Of a DNA stretch of 64,000 bases, positions 1-10,985 are shown one piece after another (positions within the stretch are counted from its first letter, which is position 1; each line of letters begins with the position of its first letter). A program made the position numbers and the translations under genes. The notes beneath the pieces were generated by a model. That model was given only the letters and a program-made list of their open reading frames with translations. It did not search any database and was not told the DNA's origin. The DNA is from Chiloscyllium plagiosum (lineage: Eukaryota), in NCBI RefSeq assembly GCF_004010195.1, contig NC_057719.1, positions 48,038,119 to 48,102,118 on the forward strand. The letters run 5' to 3'.

Positions 1-160
1 GAGTTGTATAGAGCTCTCAAAGATAGTGGAATCAAGGGTTATGGAGATAAGGCAGGAACAGGATACTGATTAGGAATGATCAGCCATGATTATATTGAAT
101 GGCGGTGCAGGCTCGAAGGGCTGAATGGCCTACTCCTGCACCTATTGTCTATTGTCTATT
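1..160 (+). mobile_element. CR1/HER1-type LINE 3' end
   Basis: CR1-like 3'UTR (gaatggcggtgcaggctcgaagggctgaatggcctactcctgc) ending in a (ctattgt)n tail. Confidence 0.8.
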
Positions 161-424
161 TGTAACTGTTATCACTGTTCGTTGTCACCAGGATAAAATC
201 TTCGATCTCCTTCTGCAAACAGCACAGTCTTTCAAGGGATTGTTATTGAAGGTGTTCTGGAGCACTTAATCAATATAATTGGGCTGAGTTGACAGGTTTT
301 GTGAAGGAAAATCCTGCTCAGCTAATTGTTTGGAGTTCGTTTCAAATAACAAACTATGGGTGTGGCGTATTTAGACATCAGAAGACATTTTGTTGAAGTG
401 CTGCATCAAAGGTTATTAAAGTTG

Positions 425-1355
425 TATAGAATACCACAGAATTCCTACAGTGTGGAAACTGGCCCTTGGCCTAACAAGTCCCCACACTCTCGGAAGGGCA
501 ATCCACCCAGACCCGTTCTCCTACCCTATTACTCTACATTCATGCCTGACTAATGTGCCTCACCTACACATCCTGAACACCAATGGGCAATTAGCATTGC
601 CAATCCACCTAACGTGCATATCTTTGGAAGTGGGAGGAAACTGGAGCACTCTGAGGAAAGCCATGCAGACATGGGGAAGAGAATATGTTTAGGGTATAAG
701 CAGGTAGAAAACTTTTGAGTTTTGTGAAACAAGAGTTTCAGCTGAACATGACTTGGATCAGGTAAGAACTAGCAGTTAACAATGGGTGCTGGAGGCAAGG
801 GTCATGGGTTAACAAGGTGGAAAAGCATTCATTTATACAGTGCAATTTAACAATGTTGTAAGCATTTGGTATGTAAGGTCAGTTTAACAAGGTGAAAAGT
901 ATTCGTTATGTGAAGCCAGTTAAGGTTAAAACATTAATTGTGTAACAGCAGATGGCTTAATCTCTACTATTGACAATTGCTGATTGTAATGGTCACCCAA
1001 TAAATATGTATGTTCCCTTATCTGGATACTCCTCCCTGTAAAATGACTATATAATTCAATAATAAACTGATGTTCAAGAGAGAAGACTGAGAACTCATGT
1101 CCCTGTGCACATGGGTGATCGTTCATGCACTCACGCCTCTCTCGCGGGCCCGGAATAAAGATGATAAATGTAAAAGTGTACTGTCTTTGAGCGTGTTGCT
1201 TTGACTTTTTGGGGGTGGGGAGGGCAGGTGGGGGGAACGGGACGATAGGGAGAATGTGCCAACTCCACACAGACAGTCGTTAGAGGCTGGAATTGAACCC
1301 AGGTCCCTGGTGCTGTGAGGCAGCAGTGCAAATCACTGAGCCACCGTGCCACCCC
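425..1355 (-). mobile_element. HE1-type tRNA-derived SINE split in two (425-685 body/tail; 1248-1355 head)
   Basis: Both parts are collinear with the intact copies at 9834-10162 and 34139-34427 and join at gggagaatgtg. Confidence 0.8.
686..1247 (+). mobile_element. Putative solo LTR inserted into the SINE
   Basis: ~560-bp insert starting TG; TATA-like tatataa at 1048-1054; AATAAA at 1154-1159 followed by a GT-rich tract. No clean CA end or TSD. Confidence 0.45.
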
Positions 1356-2616
1356 TGTGGAAAGTAAAATGTTTGCATATATTGACTTCCTATCTAAAAG
1401 GAAGCTACTTATAAGTGAGCTGTTTTCTAGTTAGCACAAGTGGTGTGCCACAGGGATACAGGCTGGGTGCCTCAATTTGTTATAGTTCATATAAATGACT
1501 TGTATGAAGGTATGGTTGCTGAGACAAAGGTAGAGAAGTAAGTTGTGAATGGTGTGAACTTGAAGATGGATTGGTCTGCTTGTACACTGGAAGGGTTCTA
1601 TGTAGAGGACAAAAGGAGACTGCAAAAGGATATGGGTTTGTCAGTGAGTGGGCAAACATATCGAAATGGGGTGTCATGTATAAAACTACTTGTCTGCTTT
1701 CACAGGAAGACTAAACGTATCTAAAAGACAAAAGGTGGTAGAGATCTGAAGTGCAGAGGTATTTGTGTATCCTCATGCTTGAAATATATATTGCTGCAGG
1801 AAATAGTTAAAACTAAATTGAATACTATTTTTAAATAAAACCAAAATACTGCAGATGCTGGAGATGTAAAATAAAAAGCTAGTACTTGTAGCATCTTTGA
1901 AGAGTTGATGTGTTGAGTCCCATGATTCTGCTTTGGAACAATGAATACTGTTTATTAGGGGAATTCTGTACTGAAGTACAGACATTATGCCTTAGTTACA
2001 GTACTCCAGACTTGGTCTCAATGTTTATGTATCAAGAATTGATCACTAATGACGAATATAAATTTAATGGGAGTAGTTCAGAGAAGGTTTACTGGACTAT
2101 TACTTTGGATGGAGTGTGATTTCTTGGGAGCCAAGGTTGGATAGACTAGCCTTGTATCTGGTGTTTAGAAGAATAAGGAAATTTGGTTGAGTTAAATTCT
2201 GAGTTGGGGGGGGAAGGGGGTATTAACAGGGTCGATGTGGTAAAGAGACTTCGTACTGGCGGCAAATCTTAAACTGGAAGGCACAGTTTAAAAATAGGAG
2301 TGCCCACTTAAGCCACGTTAGGAGAATTATTTTTGTCATGTTCTGGGAATACTCTTCCTGGAAAAACTGTGTGGGATTGTGTTCAAATAATGACTGAAAT
2401 CAGTGAGTGGCAACAATAGCTTCTGTACAGTTTTTACAGTAACGTCTGTGAACATTTCTTGCATATTAAAATGCTTTCACTATCCTGTTACATATCTGCT
2501 GTGCACAAAAACAAAGGTTTGGGTGACTTCTGCCCTGGGAAAATGGAAGATGCTTTAAGCATTTGCTAAGTGCTGGCTGCTACTCCCTGACAGGATTAAG
2601 TGTCTCTCTAGCCTAC

Positions 2617-2990
2617 TTAGAGTCATAGAGATGTACAGCATGGAAACAGACCCTTCAGTCCAATCTCTCCATGCCGTCCAGATCATATCCCAACCCAATC
2701 TAGTCCCACCTACCAGCACCCGGGTCATATCCCTCCCAACCCTTCCTATTCATATACCCATCCAAATGCCTCTTAAAAGTTGCAATTGTACCAGCCTCCA
2801 CCACTTTCTCTGGCAGCTTATTCCATACACATACCACCCTCTGCGTGAAAAAGTTGCCCCTTGGGTCTCTTTTATATCTTGCCCCTCTCACGCTAAACCT
2901 ATGCCCTCCTAGTTCTGGACCCCGATTCCAGGGAAAAGACTTTGTCTATTTATCCTATCCATGCCCCTCATAATTTTGTAAACCTCTATA
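2617..2990 (-). mobile_element. CR1-type LINE 3' fragment
   Basis: ORF 2700-2891(-) RGNFFTQRVVCVWNKLPEKVVEAGTIATFKRHLDGYM is the CR1 ORF2 C-terminus, followed by the 3' tail. Confidence 0.9.
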
Positions 2991-4456
2991 ACTTGTATAA
3001 CTAAGAAGTGTTAGTCCTTTTGTCTTTAAGTTCGTAAGTGTTCGTCAAAATACTAGGCGTATATATGCTGTAAGTAAGTTAGCAATTACATCTGTACTTA
3101 AAACAACGAAGAATATTAAACTGATTACCTCAGCTGGGTTCTGAGATTGTTTACTATTTGTTCTGCGTTTCATTCATTTATACAATTTCACAGATGTGCT
3201 GCCTTGATTGTCAGTTTTCTTTTTCAAGGGGGTAGTGGCTGTTGGTTAGGGAAACGGTGTGTCTATTCAGATCTTGTAAGGTGGGTTGTAAGGGCTGATT
3301 TAATATTATAATCTTTGGAGACCTGATGGCGGAGATGGTTTTGTTGTGAATAAATGACTACATGTACTTGTACAGAGGTAGCTTTTGATGTAAATATGAC
3401 CTGTTGGACTTTAACCTGATGTGTGATTCTTTACCTTTTGATGTCAATAGGCTTATTCACTGCTTGTAGCAAGGGCTGATAAGGATTGAAAAGTGTGAAA
3501 AAGCAGTAATGGGTTGAAGGGGGTGTTTTTAATTTGGTCTGTCTTCTAATAGCAAAATATACGATGGAACTGGGATTTTATGGTTGAATGACAATACATA
3601 CTGTAACAAGTTATGAATAAGAAATGGGAATGCAATATTAAATGTAGGGCACTTTGTATTTGGGTTAGTAAAAGAGTTATGAATGGGTACATATAAAGTG
3701 CTTGTGAGTAGGTTAGGGAAAAGACCTACAATACAATATTTCCCAGTGGCTTTGAATTTAAGGCAAAGATGGATCGCTACTACATAACTGAAGAGTTGAA
3801 AGAATTTTGGGGATAGATGGGAGTAGGAATTTCAAGTACCAGTCTTCTCCATGATCATCATAAATGGTGGAGCAGGCTCAAGGGGCCTAATGGGCTACTG
3901 CTGGTCTTGGCTTGTACGTTTGTAAGGAGGGGAGCAAGCAGCCTTTAAAGGCAGTTTGAAATGAACAAGAAATGCTTGCCTAACAAGCAAGTCCATTTAA
4001 GTTGAAGAATCAGAAGAACAAACTGGAGCTCGATTTTGTTACAATGTGTAGAGGAACTTCCAAAACTCTGGGGAATTCTGGGTGGTTTTGCTGCAATTTG
4101 ACTGGTTAGTGGCATGTGCTTGGTGGGATCATGAAAATCTTCACACTTTGTATCAAAGCACAAATAAACTTTATCTTTTGGGTAAGCAGAAAAATTAAGA
4201 TCTCAAATTTTTGAACTGTTGAGTAACGTATGTGACTAATAAACCTATTTACTTGACTTTCACATGCTGTTTTTAAAATCCTGCAACTGTACTTATGTAA
4301 GATTATTTGTTCTTGATAAATCTAAAAGTAATAGTCTCCATCCTGTGTCCCTAAGAGCAAACTGTAAATCCTGATGTCAGTTGTGATTTTGATTTTTTAA
4401 TTTTCTTTTTTCCTTTTCCCCTCTCTTAGATACTGCAGTAGTCTTAGCCAGAAACC

Positions 4457-4976
4457 ATGGAATTTTATGATTCTCAGTATCTCATCATCATCATCCCAGC
4501 AGTAGTAATTGCTATAATATTTTTGTTCTTCTGGCTATTTATGAAGGAAACATCATATGATGAAATACTTGCTAAACAAAAAAGAGATATAAAACTTGTT
4601 CCGGCAAAAGTTGATAAAAAGAAAAATGAAAAGAAAAAGAAGAAGAAAGAGAATCCAAATGGGAATTTGCATGAATCTGATTCAGAAAGCGCAATGCGAG
4701 ACATAGAATTGATGGATGCATTGACACAAGATAATGAACCACCTGTTCATGTTGTGTCACCTGTAGTTGAAGTTTCAGCTGGATTAAAAGAGAGGAGGAA
4801 AAAAGACAAAAAAACACCGCGACTTGTACTGGAAGAACCTTTGGGCAGAGACTCTGATGGATTAAAACCTGCAGCAAAGAAAAATGACCCCTTCCCAGTT
4901 ACTAAACAACCTACTCCTCCAGAAATGTCAAGTTCTAAAAGAAAGACTGGGCACAAGAAGCACAAGAATGGCGCAG
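4457..4976 (+). CDS. KTN1: KTN1 first coding exon (E2): signal-anchor TM helix and Lys-rich region; exon starts at 4430 with 27 nt of 5'UTR
   Basis: Long pyrimidine tract then ttag| at 4429; strong Kozak gaaaccATGG; MEFYDSQYLIIIIPAVVIAIIFLFFWLFMKETSYDEILAKQKR; donor GCAG|gtaaga; 520 coding nt, ends phase 1. Confidence 0.97.
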
Positions 4977-5486
4977 GTAAGATCTAGTTCCTGTGTGTTA
5001 TTGTTCTTTATATTTTCACAAGTTAAATCTGCAGCTTTGAATTGATGCTTATTTAACATGACCTGGCAAAGTGTAAATTATATTCTGAGTTTGCAAACTG
5101 TTCAAGTCACTGAGGTAGCTGACTTTTGAGAGTAAAAGTTGCAACATTATTTTACCTGCTCATGTTCACTTTATGCATTAAAATAACCCTTATCCTTAAG
5201 TAATGATTTGGAGTGACTAAATAGAGCCGTGCATTGACTTTGATGTATACCTGTCTGAACATACACATTTTAGTTTTTATTTCTTATTTCTTCTGGGGTA
5301 TTGGGCCAGAAGTTGTAAAACTTTGAATAATAAATCAAGTTTTGTGATCAGCAACAAAAGGAAGGTACTTGCTGATGCTGAAGAAAACTGGTAATAAGAA
5401 TCGACCACTGTCTGTCCTGTCTGGTTCCTGTATCTTCGTATTTGCTTCATACTGGCACCTCCTATCGGGGATTTTTTTAAATCTAT

Positions 5487-6102
5487 TGTTATGGACCAGG
5501 CCAGACCCCTCAAAACATTTCAAGAAGGTAACCCACACCCTAACTTTTTTTTTCTAGTTATTTTAAATCCGTATGAAGTAGGTATTCCAGGAGTGTTGCA
5601 GCTGGCCCAACTATTCTATTTTAAACAAAACTATTTACACATGAACAAAAGAAAACCCTGAATTTAGAATAACACAACTATTTCAAAACCCAATCGACTC
5701 TATCACAACTTTATGATGCTGTTCAAAGTACGCGTAACATCCCCATTAATGCTCCCTTGGCAAAAAAGGCAAAATCAAACACTGGTTCTTAAACCGATAG
5801 CAGAGAGAGAGGGAGGATCAGCATGGAATTGTTTCTTTGATCAGCAGCCTCAAAAAACACTGACTGTGTGTTTGCTAAAACCAAACCAAATCAGGAAAGC
5901 TGAGCTAGGAGCACTGGCCACTCTCCTTTTCATTGCAATAGGGTTTTTAAAAACTTGAAAGCCTTTTGCCTGAATTTGTTTGCTCGAATCAAATTGGCCC
6001 TAAAACCTATCTAACTCGACACACTGGAACTTCTGTGTTTACAGCCCCTCATTTTTAAAAAAGGACACACAATAACCTTGTCAATGGAACAGCATCGTCA
6101 CA
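5487..6102. mobile_element. Solo LTR (616 bp)
   Basis: Termini TGTTAT...GTCACA; 4-bp flanks ctat/ctac; a related, internally deleted copy lies at 53543-53684. Confidence 0.7.
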
Positions 6103-7741
6103 CTACGCACAGGGAAATAATTGAACAGGCTGATCAACAAATTATTCATTAGGTGTGTAGATATGGATTTGTACCCAGTAATTTATAGGCTAAATGAGTG
6201 ACAAATGGGTTGTCAAGCTTTACTTTAAGGTTGCTGAGCTGAAGAACTGAGGAATTAATGCTTCATTTGTACAGAGTCTTGTTCAAACTCCATATGTGGT
6301 ACTAGAATCAGTTTTGGATTCTGAACTGCAGAACATTGATATTGGAAAGAGCATAGCATTGTTTCACCAGACTGATAGCAGGACTTGCTTAATGTGTTAC
6401 ATAAAGGATCGTTTACATAAACTTAATTTGTTTTCCCCTTGCATTTGAAATACAAGGTATGATTGAGACCTTCAAAAATTATTTTAGGTTTTGGAGAAAT
6501 TCCTTCCTCAGTAACGATACACTTTAAAATTTAAAAGCTCGGCTATTTGTGTGAAATCCGGAATTATTTTGTTTTTCCCCACCAGTTTGTGGAAGTCTGT
6601 TTTGTTGCCCAAGCTTATTGACTAAGTTAGATGGGCTTCTTTAGGTAAGAAGAAATTTTGAAGTTGAAGTACAGGTTTGATCAGCTGTGATCTGATTAAA
6701 ATGTTTTGCTCTGTGGACCATAAATTAAGTTGAGCTCATTATGCTGATGCCTTTGCTGACGCAGTCCACTTGACTGTTTACTGAAAGTTTTTAAAAAAAA
6801 CTTTGGCCTTTTAGCATGGTCAGTGGTACCAGTCGCCAGTATGATTCTTGTACCTGTCTAAAAACATAAATTACACTTTTATGCCAGAGTGCAATGATGA
6901 ATTTCATTTCTCAGCTTCTTAGGCTATAGCACCATAAGATGTGGAACAGAATTAGGATATTCAGACCATTTGAGTCTGCCCTTTAAATGAAACCATGACT
7001 GATTTTAATCCTTGATTATAATTTCCTGCCTTTTTTCCATAACTCGTGATTAAAAATCTGTCTCAGCCTTTAATATACTTTAATGGCCCATACCTGCTGT
7101 GTATTTCCAGCATCTACTGTGGTGTTTTAGAAATGCATTGTTTATCTCCTCCAAGATATATATTCATTCGCAATTTTCTGGCTGATTTATCAGTCAGGGT
7201 GGTTTTAATGGTGATTATAAAAGGGAGAATTCAGGAAATGAATAGCACAAACATGTCTGAGAAAGGTTATTTCACATCTGTCTTGATTCTAATCCAAAAC
7301 AGCATACAATACCCTCCATTACAGCATGGAATTGTCATTTCACCATTTCTTTGTCTACTAATCTATCTGAAAAGCAGTTCAAGATTATTGATCACAATCC
7401 ATAGAAACAGGCATAACTTGGTTTTCTATTGTTGCTTTGTAATGCATGAAAGTGTTTTCTCCGTATGTGTGAACCCATTTTCTCAGAAATGAAAGGAAAG
7501 GATGTAACATTTTCTGTCATATGACACGCATTCCTATTATTGTGCCCTGTCATCTTTGGCTGACATTTTTGATTTGGTGGACTACCCAAAGTAATGGTTC
7601 TGATGCAAAAAAGTATTTACAACAATCTGCAATTGGGGGGGAAAAAGAAGTTGCAATTTGCCAGTACCCAGGATTTTCTAGTAAAAATGGGATTTTCCAG
7701 GCATCTGTATTAATGATTACTGATGTTTTAACTTTTTTTAT

Positions 7742-7917
7742 TGTCTGAGCAGTTTGATAGTTCCCAAATTTATCCAGACAGATCGGAAATTGCTGCACAT
7801 TTTGCAGAGTCGAAAGGGCAGGGATCTTCTTTGTGGAGACAGGACAGTAAGTTTTTTTTTTAGAACTGGGCTGCTTTAAGATTTCATCGGATATATCCAT
7901 AGGCATGTGACATTTGC
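7742..7917 (+). repeat. Near-identical ~175-bp duplicate of 8979-9153 (most of the candidate cassette exon, its donor and ~70 nt of intron)
   Basis: Direct comparison: four substitutions in the exonic part, plus a T-run length difference and one substitution downstream. Flanks are unrelated. Confidence 0.95.
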
Positions 7918-8969
7918 TATTGGAAATTGGTAGCAAAAGCATTTGGAGTTTTGAGCAAAATCACTGTTTCTTCATTTTCTTTCTGTCAAGATCCTGGACA
8001 GTTGGTTAACCAAACCATGGATGTATCTGTACCATCTCAACTGCTGCAGTTCAAGAAGGTGGCTCATGACCACTTTTTTTTGTTTTTGAATAATTAAAGA
8101 TGGGCAACAAATGCTTGCCTCAACAGTCCCCATATCCCATGATAGAGTAAAAGGCAATTTTAAAAATGCTTCCTGTGTTCACAGGGAATGAGGAGGCAAA
8201 CTTTGTAATGAAGTTGGGGTGCTTTTCATTACAGGTCCATTATAATTTATCAAACAAGTGATGTCAGGAAGCAACTTATCTCTACAGATTTCCAGTAAAT
8301 GACCCAAGCACTTGCAGTTGAGAGAGACCAAAGCGTTTCTATGCCCTTGCCCATTCCAAATGCTCAGTGATGAAAGTAATATTATGCTTAAAACTATTTC
8401 CATGAAACATAACCTTCCTCGGTTAATCACAGTTTCAATAATCAATCATATTATCCTGGCAATGGAGCTAATCCTGAAACTCTTTGCTCCAGACATTGGG
8501 CACATGAGAAACATGGGATACTGTTGCATGAAATGTTAGTTGTCGTGCTAACGCTTTCTGTTCCGGATATGTTGATTTCCATCAAGCTTGTTGCAGAAAC
8601 TTTTTCAGCATTTTGTTTTTTCAGATGAAACACCTATCCTGGCAGCTTTTTCCTGATATGTTGCTTGTTACACTTACCACCCTTCATTAGAAATTATACT
8701 ATCTTGGCCCTGCAAAAGTGGTGCAAGTACATTGTTGGATGAGGTGTGTTCTTGGCTTGTGTTGACTCTGCCTGCTAATGTCCTAACTTCAAATAAAATC
8801 ATACATTTGATGTGCTTTACAAGCAGAGGATCACTATCCAGATTGAACAGTAGGTAGTGTAACATTTCAACTGCGTCATGTATGTATGTATTTATTTATG
8901 TTTAGTTAAGAGTTGCTAGCTTAGCGAGTTGACTTTTGGAAAAACAAAAGATTTTTGCTTTATTTTTAG

Positions 8970-9083
8970 CTGCTACTGTGTCTGAGCAGTTTGATAGCTC
9001 CCAGATTTATCCAGACAGATCGGAAATTGCTGCACATTTTGCAGAGTCGAAAGGACAGGGATCTTCTTTGCGGAGACAGGACA
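8970..9083 (+). CDS. KTN1: Candidate KTN1 cassette exon, 114 nt, phase 1-1 (AATVSEQFDSSQIYPDRSEIAAHFAESKGQGSSLRRQD)
   Basis: Acceptor tttttgctttatttttag|, donor GACA|gtaagt, length divisible by 3 and open in the frame set by E2 and E3. No homology recognised. Confidence 0.6.
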
Positions 9084-9833
9084 GTAAGTTTTTTTTTAGA
9101 ACTGGGCTGCTTTAAGATTTCATCGGATATATCCATAGGCATGTGACACTTGCAGTATCAATTTTAACCCTAATTTATTAATGAAAAATATATGCTATTT
9201 CCATTTTAGTCGTAAGCAACACAACATTCATTTGCCAGTTGAGCCAGTTAAAATCATTTTTTTTAAAATGAAAATAAGTATCTGTTGCTGGAGGTCTGTT
9301 CTTCAAAATGAGTCTGATTCTTGCTTTGAGTATATCTATTTTATTATTGAAATTGACTTTATCTGACTTCAATATTTTAAAAAAAGTATTGAAGAATAAT
9401 TCATTAAGGCTTCTGTACTACTATTTCCCCCTTTAAAGAATCCTCAAAACCACAGTGGGCCTTTCTTTTGAGCCTTGGATAGAAAATAACCAAAACCTAT
9501 AATTTTGCCCCTTAATCCAAGAGGGTGGGGAGAAAAGTTGTCGTTACTGAGGAATCTTGACTTACTGGGATTATCTCTCCCATTGATGATGATGATGATA
9601 GCCATCCGGTCCACAGACGACTACATTTTGAAAATGATATGATTAAATATAACTCACTATTGAATTCATCTTCAAAGAATGCAGCTTGGTAATCGTGACA
9701 AAAATAAGATATTAAATCAAGCCTATATTTGAAACTTTATCTGGAAGACTTTGACTTGGAACTATTTATATCTATAGATGGTATTAGTTGGGTGAATTCA
9801 AAGTTGACTTGGCCATATCTTCTCCTCTGCACT

Positions 9834-10162
9834 TTAGATTAGATTCCCTACAGTGTGGAAATAGGCCCTTCGGCCAACAAGACCACACCGACCCTCAGAG
9901 TAACCCACTCAGACCCATTCCCTCTGACTAGTGCACCTAACACTATGTGCAATTTAACATGGCCAATTCACCTGACCTGCAGATACTTATTTTCATTTTA
10001 AATCTTTGGATTGTGGGAGGAAACCAGAGCACCCGGAGGAAACCCACGGAGACACCAGGAGAATGTGCAAACTCCATACAGAGTAGTCTGAGGTTGGAAT
10101 CTAACCTGGGACCCTGGTGCTGTGAGGCAGCAGTGCTATTCACTGAGCCACTGTGCCGCCCC
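9834..10162 (-). mobile_element. HE1-type SINE, full length
   Basis: tRNA-like head with A/B boxes on the - strand, central domain, and CR1-like tail ending (aatct)n. Confidence 0.9.
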
Positions 10163-10553
10163 ACTTGCAAGTAATAATTTTTGTTACAAGGTGATCTTTT
10201 TATGCAGAAGTTAACGATGGAAGGTCTCTCTGCTTTTTCTCTATACAAAAAGGATTTTGGCACTTGGCACTTGTGTACCCCCCTCCCCCCACTCTCCAAA
10301 AGTAAACCCCTGTATGGCAACCCATAACTTCTCTTAAATAATTCCTTGTTTTTTGTGTCTGGAATTCTCCTAAAATGCTCATTGTACTTTTTTCACATGA
10401 AGAATTATTTTTTTCTTAAGTGTTCAATTCAACCTCTACTAGTTAAATGTGTCCCCTTGTCCCATTCAACATTTATATTCTAAGTTTGGGTGAAGATTTA
10501 TAGCTCGGGTGCTCGTTGTTGTGGTTCTGTTCGCCGAGCTGGAAATCTTTGTT

Positions 10554-10593
10554 GCAAACGTTTCGTCCCCTGGCTAGGTGACATCCTCAGTGC
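10554..10593 (-). ncRNA. Minimal hammerhead ribozyme motif (reverse-strand copy)
   Basis: Reverse complement of 10946-10985 with one loop change. A third, partial copy at 10786-10813 has the core changed to CCGAGGA. Confidence 0.72.
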
Positions 10594-10945
10594 TTGGGAG
10601 CCTCCTGTGAAGCGCTTCTGTGGTGTTTCCTCCGGCATTTATAGTGGCCTGTCCCTGCCGCTTCCGGTTGTCAGTTTCAGCTGTCCGCTGTAGTGGACGG
10701 TATATTGGGTCCAGGTCGATGTGTTTGTTGATGGAGTTTGTGGATGACTGCNNNNNNNNNNNNNNNNNNNNNNNNNNNNNNNNNNTCCCCTGTCTAGGTG
10801 ACATCCTCGGTGCTTGGGAGCCTCCTGTGAAGCGCTTCTGTGGTTGTTTCCTCCGGCATTTAAACTGACAACCGGAAGCGGCAGGGACAGGCCACTATAA
10901 ATGCCGGAGGAAACACCACAGAAGCACTTCACAGGAGGCTCCCAA

Positions 10946-10985
10946 GCACTGAGGATGTCACCTAGACAGGGGACGAAACGTTTGC
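10946..10985 (+). ncRNA. Minimal type-I hammerhead ribozyme motif (PLE-associated)
   Basis: gca-CTGAGGA-t-gtcacct(agac)aggggac-GAAAC-GTT-tgc: stem I gca/tgc, conserved core, stem II, palindromic ACGT stem III. Confidence 0.75.

Noticed and set aside
4457..4976. RRBP1 (p180) as an alternative identity
   Set aside because: It shares the TM-KETSY motif, but NGNLHESDSES, PVTKQPTPP and the downstream exons match kinectin, and there are no decapeptide repeats.
7742..7917. Duplicated segment as an intronic H/ACA snoRNA (ends in ACAttt / ACActt)
   Set aside because: No convincing two-hairpin and H-box layout. The splice signals and reading frame fit an exon duplication better. An Rfam search would settle it.
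8610..8660. Strong-looking acceptor ttttgttttttcag|ATGAAAC
   Set aside because: In-frame TGA within about 10 codons and no good donor.
9943..10320. Recurring short ORFs (also at 26490-26897 and 34088-34390)
   Set aside because: Translations of HE1 SINE copies.
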